From Octopus vulgaris (Eukaryota), in assembly GCA_951406725.2 (NCBI GenBank), contig OX597837.1, positions 47,740,001-47,804,000 on the forward strand: a DNA stretch of 64,000 nucleotides. The letters are read 5' to 3'. Positions 1 through 10,806 of the stretch are shown one piece after another; within the stretch, counting starts at the first letter, position 1, and every line of letters starts with the position of its first letter. A program made the position numbers and the translations under genes. Below the pieces are notes generated by a model, which saw nothing but the letters and a program-made list of their open reading frames with translations, was not told where the DNA came from and searched no databases.

Positions 1-1541
1 TATGCTGGAATTATTGGTGTGTGCATGTGTGTTCTGTTGGGGCCAGTTTGTGAAACCAGAGCTGTTGATTCTGTATCAGTTTCAAGAACTGTGATATCTA
101 TGAAGTAACTTAAGGAAACATTTACCATTTTCTAGGAGACTGCAGTAATGCAATCAGAAATGGTCTATCATTGACAGGAACTGGTAAGGAACTTCAATTA
201 ATGGAACATTTCTTTCTTTTCTTCTTCACTTCTCGTTACAATAACCCCTAAAGATTTTCTCTATTTGTAGAATGGTTGATCACTGTGCTGCATTTCAGTT
301 GATTGTTCTGCTGCATTTTTAGCTAATTAGTAGTGTGTTAGATTTAGCTAATTATCATGCTGCATTCTTCTATTTTAATTGTAAATTTGTCAAATTTATT
401 TTATTTATTGTAAACTGCTGCTACAATTACTAACACAACTGCTTCATTCATACAACTTATTCTAACTGTAAACTTTGTCAGTGAGTTGACCTCTTCCCAT
501 ATACAGTTTTGTGTAGTAGCTACTACTATTAAAACACTAAACTAACCTGTGTAATAGCTGCTGCAACTACTACTACTACTGCTGTTGTTGCTACTGAATA
601 GTTTCTGTAATAACTTGTATTGTTAGTATGTAAAATACTTGTATGAAAGTAGTGTTATTAGCAATTCTGTTTGTTGATCCTGTATGATGCTAATAGTAGA
701 TTGTCTCTGTTGTATTACATATTATGATATTGTTTGTAATAAGCCTTGTGTATCAGTAGTATTATTACAATTTATATTAACCGGTTATGACAATGTTACA
801 AGCTAATACTGTTTGTTTGTAGACCCTTTTATTATCAAGATTAAATGTTGATAAATGTTTCACGTTTTTCAGAACTGTGGGGTGACCCGAAGGCACAGGA
901 ATTTCAATGTTCAGTATATGGAACTGGTGAGAAGAACTCCAATTTCAGTGTTTCTATGTGATCTGTCTAGGAATTGTGTTTGCTGGCGACTGTGATATTG
1001 ATCCGCTTTTGTAGCTACAATCACTGTTTGTGCTGCATTCCGTTTCACATGATACGGCTGCTGGCAACACTATAACAGTGTGTACTACTGTGTCTAGCGC
1101 ATAGACATCACTGCATGATGGAAGCATTGCACTTGTGAATGCATAGCTTCAACATTGAGTGCCATAAAACCACCCATTTTGCCATTAACTGATTGAGGTC
1201 AGTGGGGAAATGTTTCACGTCATGCATCTGCCTGTTACAATAAGATTCCCCTGAAAGTAATCCTTCTGTAATGCAGAAAATGGATGTATAACTGTGCTAA
1301 CTTTTGAGTTGAGGGAGTCCTTATGTAGCTGTGCATCTTGCTAGAAATAAAGGTCTCTTTCCAATTTATGCCTTAACATCTTTTAAAAAAAAAACTCAAA
1401 ATATCAAATGTCCTGAAAATGAGTTTTGGGGATAGGTCTGCTTTTTGGGACTGGGGTTAAACAGCAACCATTTGGCTACTTCTACAAACTTCTGTCAGTA
1501 TTTTCATAGTTTGCATCTTGCACCAGTGCACTGGAGTGGCT

Positions 1542-1733
1542 ACATCATCATCATCATCGTCGTTTAACGTCTGTTCTCCATGCTAGCATGGGTTGGACGG
1601 TTCGACCGGGGATCTGGGAAGCCAGAAGGCTGCCCCAGGCTCCGGTCTTATCTGGCAATGTTTCTACAGCTGGATGCCCTTCCTAACGCCAACCACTCCG
1701 TGAGTGTAGTGGGTGCTTTTTACATGCCACCGG
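1542..1733 (-). mobile_element. SINE family A copy ((GAT)n tail on minus strand)
   Basis: catcatcatcgtttaacgtc...ctacagctggatgcccttcctaacgccaaccactcc, recurring at 3417, 11059, 15105, 18765, 30735. Confidence 0.8.
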
Positions 1734-1908
1734 CTACCTCTACAGAAATTATCAATTGGATTTCTTTGTTCTCTGACTTTCCAGAGTAAGTTCTGGAAAT
1801 GTTGTCCTGAATGTCTGACGATTCTTCAGCTTCTCTAAATTTCATGGAGGTCAACTTTATCTCTCATCCTTTCACAGCTTGGAAGAAGAAAAAAAAGGTA
1901 CCAATCCA

Positions 1909-2541
1909 GGCACTAAATTGGTGGGATTATCGGGGCACCCCACAAGGTACTAAACTGGTGGGATTATCAGTGTACCCCACAAGGTACTAAATTGGTGGGA
2001 TTATCAGTGTACCCCACAAGGTACTAAATTGGTGGGATTATCAGAGCACCCCACAAGATACTAAATTGGTGGGATTATCAGAGCACCCCACAAGGTACTA
2101 AATTGGTGGGATTATCAGAGTACCCCACAAGGTACTAAATTGGTGGGATTATCAGAGCACCCCCCACAAGGTACTAAATTGTTGGGATTATCAGTGTACC
2201 CCACAAGGTACTAAATTGGTGGGATTATCAGTGTACCCCACAAGGTACTAAATTGGTGGGATTATCAGAGCACCCCACAAGGTACTAAATTGGTGGGATT
2301 ATCAGTGTACCCCACAAGGTACTAAATTGGTGGGATTATCAGAGTACCCCACAAGGTACTAAATTGGTGGGATTATCAGAGTACCCCACAAGGTACTAAA
2401 TTGGTGGGATTATCAGTGTACCCCACAAGGTACTAAATTGGTGGGATTATCAGTGTACCCCACAAGGTACTAAATTGGTGGGATTATCAGAGTACCCCAC
2501 AAGGTACTAAATTGGTGGGATTATCAGAGTACCCCACAAGG
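1909..2541. repeat. 37-bp minisatellite, about 17 copies
   Basis: unit ggtactaaattggtgggattatcag(t/a)g(t/c)accccacaa, head-to-tail with no spacers. Confidence 0.95.
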
Positions 2542-3416
2542 TGCCTCATGATATTTATTTGCTCATTTTCAGTTTGCTATTTATTGATAATTACTGTAAG
2601 ATGACAGAATTGGCAACCAATTCCTTAATGGAATGTTGAGAGAGATTGATGTCCTATTTAGAGATTTTTTATACGTCAGACAGAGGGGAAGGGAAGTGTT
2701 CATTCGTTACAGAACCCCTGAATGTGGATATCAGACCTGAATATTAAAATTACCCAAGGTCAAGGGGTTGGTGTTAAACCAAAACAACCACTCAGGTAGG
2801 CCATGTATTTGGTCTGAGGCTCCACCAACTTTGTCAATTTGCTGCTGACCTCTCTCTTCCCCATCTCAATTTCCTCCTGATATGGAGCAGTGCACTTAAC
2901 TCTACTCACTTCTTGAGTTCAGCTTTTACTGCTTGGAAATAGATCCCAGATTTAATGTCTGAGCCACTCCCTCAGCTGAGCATTCATCCATTTAACATCT
3001 AATTAGTGTCTACCGAAAGCATTCATAGATTTTTGGGTTTTTTTTTTCTTTTCCTGCTAACACTACTACAATATAATTCTAAGGCCCTCCAATCTATTGT
3101 TGAATTTGTGTTCAGTCAAAATAACAATTGTTGTCCTGATCTTTTGTAGAAGATTGGAATCAGTCACAGCGCAGGGAATCCCAACGGATTTCACAGAATG
3201 GAAATGGTGAGAGGTTTTCTTATTTCCCGACTGCCATTCCGGTGTGGTTAACCTGAGGAGTGTTTCGTATGGTTGTGGTAGAGAAGTTTGTTTCACAACT
3301 GAGTGGTTTCAAGTTCAATTACCCCGCTTGGCATTTTGGTCATGTTTTCTAACATAGCCTTCAGTTGACCAATGTCTTGTGAGTGGAAAATGGCAGGCAG
3401 GAATAGGGGCCTGCTG

Positions 3417-3662
3417 TCATCATCATCATCATCATCATCGTTTAACGTCCGTTTTCCGCGCTAGCACGAGTTGGACGGTTTCGACCGGGGTCTGGGGAGC
3501 TCGGGACTGCCCCAGGCTCCAGTCTAGTCTGGCAGTGTTTCTACAGCTGGATGCCCTTCCTAACGCCAACCACTCCGCAAGTGTAGTGGGTGTTTTTTAC
3601 GTGCCACCTGCACAGGTGCCAGAGGGGTCTGGCATCGGCCACGTTCGGATGGTGCTTTTTAT
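3417..3662 (-). mobile_element. SINE family A copy
   Basis: same consensus as the 1542 copy. Confidence 0.8.
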
Positions 3663-3918
3663 GTGTGGGGGGGGGGGTATAGAAATATATAGGGGAGCAC
3701 CAGTGGGGAGGGGTGGTTCAGAGAAATGATGACAGGTTCTTAGGCAAGTAGAACGTAGGATAGAGGGTAATGCATGGTGAAAATAGCGTATTGAGGAGGG
3801 GGCATTCGAAGAGTAGACACCTATAATGGTGGTGGGAGAAACAACATCCGGTATAGATGGAAAAAAATATAGAGATATCCGGTATTGGTGGTGGGGGTGG
3901 GCAAGGGCGGGTGCACCA

Positions 3919-5996
3919 GGAATATGCGAAGGTTGAACTTTAGAGAAACGGGCGGGAATGGCGATGTTTTTAGGGTGGCATGTAGAGAGAAAAGGAAAGC
4001 AAAGCAGATTGGTGGTTATAAGTTCAAAACATTTAAACGGTAGACAAATGTATGTATGTATGAAATAGAAGCGAGAAATCTTAGCCTGCTCATGGACATC
4101 GCTGCAAGTCAGGGGAAGAAATGATAGTGAATGGTGGAGATCGAATTAAAGGGAATATGCGAAGGTTGAACTTTAGAGAAACGGGCGGGAATGGCGATGT
4201 TTTTAGGGTGGCATGTAGAGAGAAAAGGAAAGCAAAGCAGATTGGTGGTTATAAGTTCAAAACATTTAAACGGTAGACAAATGTATGTATGTATGAAATA
4301 GAAGCGAGAAATCTTAGCCTGCTCATGGACATCGCTGCAAGTCAGGGGAAGAAATGATAGTGAATGGTGGAGATCGAATTAAAGGGAATATGCGAAGGTT
4401 GAACTTTAGAGAAACGGGCGGGAATGGCGATGTTTTTAGGGTGGCATGTAGAGAGAAAAGGAAAGCAAAGCAGATTGGTGGTTATAAGTTCAAAACATTT
4501 AAACGGTAGACAAATGTATGTATGTATGAAATAGAAGCGAGAAATCTTAGCCTGCTCATGGACATCGCTGCAAGTCAGGGGAAGAAATGATAGTGAATGG
4601 TGGAGATCGAATTAAAGGGAATATGCGAAGGTTGAACTTTAGAGAAACGGGCGGGAATGGCGATGTTTTTAGGGTGGCATGTAGAGAGAAAAGGAAAGCA
4701 AAGCAGATTGGTGGTTATAAGTTCAAAACATTTAAACGGTAGACAAATGTATGTATGTATGAAATAGAAGCGAGAAATCTTAGCCTGCTCATGGACATCG
4801 CTGCAAGTCAGGGGAAGAAATGATAGTGAATGGTGGAGATCGAATTAAAGGGAATATGCGAAGGTTGAACTTTAGAGAAACGGGTGCGAATGGCGATGTT
4901 TTTAGGGTGGCATGTAGAGAGAAAAGGAAAGCAAAGCAGATTGGTGGTTATAAGTTCAAAACATTTAAACGGTAGACAAATGTATGTATGTATGAAATAG
5001 AAGCGAGAAATCTTAGCCTGCTCATGGACATCGCTGCAAGTCAGGGGAAGAAATGATAGTGAATGGTGGAGATCGAATTAAAGGGAATATGCGAAGGTTG
5101 AACTTTAGAGAAACGGGCGGGAATGGAGATGTTTTTAGGGTGGCATGTAGAGAGAAAAGGAAAGCAAAGCAGATTGGTGGTTATAAGTTCAAAACATTTA
5201 AACGGTAGACAAATGTATGTATGTATGAAATAGAAGCGAGAAATCTTAGCCTGCTCATGGACATCGCTGCAAGTCAGGGGAAGAAATGATAGTGAATGGT
5301 GGAGATCGAATTAAAGGGAATATGCGAAGGTTGAACTTTAGAGAAACGGGTGGGAATGGCGATGTTTTTAGGGTGGCATGTAGAGAGAAAAGGAAAGCAA
5401 AGCAGATTGGTGGTTATAAGTTCAAAACATTTAAACGGTAGACAAATGTATGTATGTATGAAATAGAAGCGAGAAATCTTAGCCTGCTCATGGACATCGC
5501 TGCAAGTCAGGGGAAGAAATGATAGTGAATGGTGGAGATCGAATTAAAGGGAATATGCGAAGGTTGAACTTTAGAGAAACGGGCGGGAATGGCGATGTTT
5601 TTAGGGTGGCATGTAGAGAGAAAAAGGAAAGCAAAGCAGATTGGTGGTTATAAGTTCAAAACATTTAAACGGTAGACAAATGTATGTATGTATGAAATAG
5701 AAGCGAGAAATCTTAGCCTGCTCATGGACATTGCTGCAAGTCAGGGGAAGAAATGATAGTGAATGGTGGAGATCGAATTAAAGGGAATATGCGAAGGTTG
5801 AACTTTAGAGAAACGGGCGGGAATGGCGATGTTTTTAGGGTGGCATGTAGAGAGAAAAGGAAAGCAAAGCAGATTGGTGGTTATAAGTTCAAAACATTTA
5901 AACGGTAGACAAATGTATGTATGTATGTAAATAGAAGCGAGAAATCTTAGCCTGCTCATGGACATCGCTGCAAGTCAGGGGGAAGAAATGATAGTG
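3919..5996 (+). repeat. 233-bp tandem satellite, about 9 copies, truncated by the gap
   Basis: ggaatatgcgaaggttgaac recurs at 3919, 4152, 4385 and onward; units near-identical. Confidence 0.97.
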
Positions 5997-6096
5997 NNNN
6001 NNNNNNNNNNNNNNNNNNNNNNNNNNNNNNNNNNNNNNNNNNNNNNNNNNNNNNNNNNNNNNNNNNNNNNNNNNNNNNNNNNNNNNNNNNNNNNNN
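5997..6096. other. Assembly gap (100 N)
   Basis: run of n. Confidence 1.
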
Positions 6097-6268
6097 ATAC
6101 AAATTTATACATAAATATAAGAGAGTTACTGCTAAGTGGTTAACTCTTGTGCTAAAAATAGCTCCTTATTCTGGTATAGCCACCAAAGTTGTTTCCACCA
6201 AGAAATAACATTACCTTCAACGTAAGGAAAGTGAAATACAACGAAGAGATAGATTAACATACATATAC

Positions 6269-6306
<38 letters not shown>

Positions 6307-6344
6307 GCATGCATATATGTACATACATGCACATATATAAATAT

Positions 6345-6630
6345 GTGGAGGCACAATGGCCCAGTTGTTAGGGCAGTGGACTTGCAGTCAGAGGATCGAG
6401 GTTTCGATTCCTAGACCAGGCATTGTGTGTGTTTATTGAGCGAAGACACCTAAAAGCTCCACGAGGTTCTGGCAGGGGGTGGTGGCGACCCTTGTTGTAC
6501 TCATTCACCCCAACTTTCTCTTAATCTTTCTTCCTGTTCCTTGAGTAATGCTGCCACAGAAACTGGGAAACCGGGCCCATGAGCAGGGCTAGGCTTGAAA
6601 AGGGTGCATAAATAAATAAATAAATAAAAT
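6345..6630 (+). mobile_element. tRNA-derived SINE family B copy
   Basis: gtggaggcacaatggcccagttgttaggg (A-box-like), gtttcgattcc (B-box-like), (aaat)n tail; homologous to 17292-17461. Confidence 0.75.
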
Positions 6631-7319
6631 ATATGTATTTATTTATTTATTTCGGAATGACAGGTAACTTGTTTAAGGAAAGCTATACACAGTATCTGGG
6701 ATGTAAGTAAAAGAGACACAACGTCCGTATCCAACAGGATATGGACCCTGAATGAAGGAGGAGTAAGCAACCCTCAGATAACCTGAGGCATTTTACATGC
6801 TTACCTATATATATATATGTGTGTGTGAGTATATCTGTATGTACACACACATACGTACATACATACATACATACATACATACATACCTATCTATCTTACC
6901 TGTAGTATATATTTTTTACTTTAGATTTTGTATGGAACACATTTTTTCTAACCCCCCCCCCCCCCGTTATCTTTTGTCTTTCCAGATCTTCATTTGTCGA
7001 ATCATATTCAGTTTTCTGGGCCAATCTGAAAACCCCTCTTCTTCCAACACCTACTGTAAGTATTCTGTTTTTCTGTTTTATTTTGTATTTTATTCCTCGA
7101 CTTCTGAATGAATGTAGTAAGACAATGTTTCTCAGTGCCTCCCTACTGACCCCCCCCCAGTTCACTTATCATGTCATTAGGGATCAACATCAAACTTGCC
7201 AGCATATTAATGACCTTAAAATGGTGGAGAAAAGGGTTGTGGTTTACCTTATCTTTATGTTTTAATCACAATGATTCAATCTGATTGATTTCTGATCATC
7301 ATTAACTGATTGATTTTAT

Positions 7320-7800
7320 ATAATAATAATAATTATGAAATTATTGTATACAGTGCTCAGGTGCACCACAACTTGTCAAAAGTGCATATAAAGCATATGC
7401 AGTAATGTACAAATGTCTGGGAAGTGAACAGTGTATGAGTCAGATACATGCTTGTGTGTGTATAGAAGGGAGAAAATCAGGTGTAGTGTTGGCGAATCTC
7501 AGGAAGCATGGAAGTTTTGAAGGATGCAGTGCTCCGACAACTAACAACTGATGCCGGCAGTCTGTTCCATGCTTCAGCAACTCTCAGCGTGAAAAAATGT
7601 TTCCGAAAGTCATGGGAGCTGTGCTGTTTTCTGACTTTGTAAACATGTCCACGGGTGTTAGACAGGTGGAGTTTGAAAAGGTGCTCAGAGTTATTGTTAG
7701 TAAGATGGTTAATAATTTCATGGGTGTCTGCCAAGTCAGCTGCCAGACGTCGGAGTTTCAATGTGTCCGTGCCCAGGGAAGTAAGGCGTTCAGAATATGG
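7320..7800 (-). mobile_element. CR1/L2-type LINE 3' fragment
   Basis: LPYSERL..LKLRRL..DL..NTRGHVYKV..FFTLRVAEAWNRLP matches the CR1-clade ORF2 C-terminus; (att)n tail. Confidence 0.85.
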
Positions 7801-8464
7801 CAATTTTGTTGAAGTTTGGCACAAGTTGACCCTTAAATTTTTAGTTTACTAACGGCATGTATGTGTGTGTGTGTTTGTACATGTGTATAATATATATCTA
7901 TGCATGTATGTATATGTATGTGTGTGTGTGAAGGTATATATGTAAATGTGTGAATGTATGCATTTATCTATATATCCATGCATGCATCTATGTATGCATC
8001 TATACATGCATACATTACTGCATGTGTATATCTATGCATGTATGTATTTAACTATGCATGCATGTGTATATCTATTCATGTCTCAGTGTATGTATGTAGG
8101 TATGCATGTATGACTGTATGTGTGTAGGTTTCTTTATTTCATTTTTTTTTTAATCCTTTGAAATCTGAGTATCAGAATTAGTTTCTAACCCAGAAGTAAA
8201 TCTTAATCAAAGAAATTTAGAGAAGAACGATTATAAAGATGTTAAATTTTAGAAAAGTCTTCCATATTTTCATTGTTCCATTTACAGAATCAATCGACAA
8301 AATCTATAAGTATTGTTTTTATCTTTGTTTTTCCCGAAAATCTAAGTTTTCAAGTTTGACTTGAATTAACAAGTCATTACTTAATAATCAATTATTAAAA
8401 TATCAATGTATAATCAACAAACTGTTGGTTTTGATGCAGTCATTTCATAAACGTCCTCAATTTG

Positions 8465-9030
8465 GAAAGCATTAAGGTTCAGAAATGGTGCAAAATTCTC
8501 ACATTCCAATTTAGAATTCCACAAATGGAGCTTCTTTTTAAGTGCAGTCATTTTTTTCATGGCAGGGGACAGTGGTGATGTCCTCTCCTTGTAGTGCTAA
8601 GTTAACAGAATTAACTGATTCAAAAATGGTGACCCAAAAGGAGAGACATATAAGGAACTGAGTACTGGAGAATTGTCTGTGAAGTTCTTTTTTAGCACCA
8701 CAAAGAAATTCGTGGATCTATTTTTGTAGAATGAAGTCTCTTTTCAATACTCTCCCCTTGGATAAGCACCTTACATGAGAGTACAGTAAAAACATTTCAA
8801 AATTGGAACCTTTGTCCTTGCACAAGTCAGCAAAAAGACATGAATTGGCTTTGATTAAATTTACCACTTTGACCACATTCTTCAAATGGTCAGGCATTGT
8901 TTTAACCAACAATGCATACCGATTGCATTACCTTCACCATTGTCTGAAAGCCAGAGTGGCAAGCAAGCATTGCTGTGGCACCATAGGTACACATGCCAAC
9001 ATTTTATACCATGTTTGTTAAAGAATTGAT
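8465..9030 (-). mobile_element. Degraded hAT (Buster/Charlie, ZBED5/SCAND3-like) transposase fragment
   Basis: VVKVVNLIKANSCLFADLC...LLYSHVRCLSKGRVLKR resembles the Buster motif VK.VN.I...LL.HT.VRWLS.G.VL.R. Confidence 0.8.
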
Positions 9031-9774
9031 CCACTTTCTGGAATATATTGCTTGCAGTGGTTCAAGTGTTAAGGGTTTTGCAAAAAAGGGATTTGTTATT
9101 TTCAATGATTAAAATATCAATTTATAATCAACAAACTGTTGGTTTTGATGCAGTCATTTCATAAACGTCCTCAATTTGTTTATTTTTCTTCAATTATTTC
9201 CCTCTTTGGGGCACCTGACTCTTACAACTCTTCATGGTTTATGCTTGCTTTCCAAAGGGTATGCCAGTAACCCCCACCAGTGTTCCAGGAAAAAGCAGAG
9301 TAAGAACTCAAATTTTCTTATTGATTTAATTTTATTTATTATTTTATTTATTATTTATTATTTTTTCAAAAATTTCAACAAATTAATTTAGATCTTCCAA
9401 TTAAAATATTTCTAAAAGTCTTTGAATTAAATTATGGCAACAACATTACCACTTGTTGTTAGTGATTTTGGGAAGAGTACATGTGTAAACAGACAGTAAC
9501 ATGTACATGTGCATCTACACACACATACGACTGGTATCTTTCCGCTCTTGTCTACCAAATCTATTCACAAGGCTTGGGTTGACCTGAAAGTATATTACAA
9601 GACATTTGCCCAAGTACTGTGTGTTGGCCGTGCGTTGGGATTGAACTAGAGACTGCGAGCAAGTACTTGTCTTAACCAAACAGCCATACTTGTGCCTCTT
9701 CAGATTTTGGCAGAGATGTGTAGGATTGCTGATGCCCGAAAGACAAATAGATCACCCCAAGAGAGGAAATAACT

Positions 9775-10007
9775 ATTTCTTTATTGCCCATGAGGGGCTA
9801 AACATAGAGGGGACAAACAAAGATAGACATAGGTATTAAGTCGATTACATTGACTCCAGTGTGAAACTGGTACTTAATTTATCAACCCCGAAAGGATGAA
9901 AGGCAAAGTTGACCTTGGTGGAATTCGAACTCAGAATGTAACGGCAGACGAAATACGGCTACGCATTTCGCCTGGCATGCTAACGTTTGTGCCAGCTCGC
10001 CGCCTTA
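9775..10007 (-). mobile_element. SINE family C copy
   Basis: ctggtacttaatttatc.accccgaaaggatgaaaggcaaagttgacc..ggaatt.gaactcagaa; also at 11875-12105, 34850-35050, 48120-48340. Confidence 0.8.
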
Positions 10008-10605
10008 AAGAGAGGAAATAACATAAACAGCAAAGATATACTCAACTGGATTTGAACTCAGAACAGAAAGGCATGTAGCTTGATAGTAGAAAGCATTTGT
10101 AACCATTGCTCTGCCTCTTCTTGCTGTGTTGCCTGATTTTAGAACAAGGCACAGCATATGTCTATGTGTGATGAGAGGGGACTAAATAGGTCGGCAATAG
10201 GAAGGGCATTTAGCTGTAAAAACCATCACCACCACCACCATAAAAACCACTTCTACCACCACCACCACCACTATCACCACTACCACCACCACTGCTGCCA
10301 TGGCTGGTGTAGGTGGTGGTGGTGGTGGTTAAGTGCTGGTCTACTCTTAACCAGCAATCCTATTATCAAAAAGGTTCTATCCTGTAACCATCCCATTTTA
10401 TCTCACACTATTTTGTTTTTGACATAGTGTACCTAAGACTATATTATTCAATGTATCATTTTCGCAAGATGGGAGGGTGTGGTTTTGAGAGAGACTGGCT
10501 GCTATTCTTAACTGATTAAACAGCCACATAGAAGCCATTCCATTTTTGTTTATTTTTTTTTGTTGTTGATTATAATTTTTTTTTTATGTTTGTATAGTTT
10601 TGTTA

Positions 10606-10806
10606 ATGAAACTAATTGTTCTATCTCACACCATTTTAATTTGTTCTCCTCTTGTGAAGAATTCATGGAAATGCAGTGAAAAATTTGAGTGCCAAGTTTC
10701 TTGGGAAATGGATGAGGCCTCCAAAACCATAAATTTTGAGTTCAACTTGAAAGTTACAAATGATCGATCTTATATTGCACTTGGCCTCTCAGAAGATGAT
10801 GATATG
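10606..10806 (+). CDS. FRRS1: FRRS1-like exon, DOMON N-part (start is either ATG 10606 or an acceptor before 10660)
   Basis: ...CSEKFECQVSWEMDEASKTINFEFNLKVTNDRSYIALGLSEDDDM, donor gtttgt at 10807. Confidence 0.8.

Noticed and set aside
1909-2541. CRISPR-like array (37-bp partly palindromic repeat)
   Set aside because: Units are head-to-tail with no unique spacers, there are no cas genes, and the context is eukaryotic with introns.
6345-6425. Functional tRNA gene
   Set aside because: A/B-box-like head of a SINE that continues into a shared body and tail; no complete cloverleaf.
10158-10427. His-rich 89-aa ORF and (CAC)n/(GGT)n hairpin
   Set aside because: Simple trinucleotide repeats in opposing orientation; no splice or homology support.
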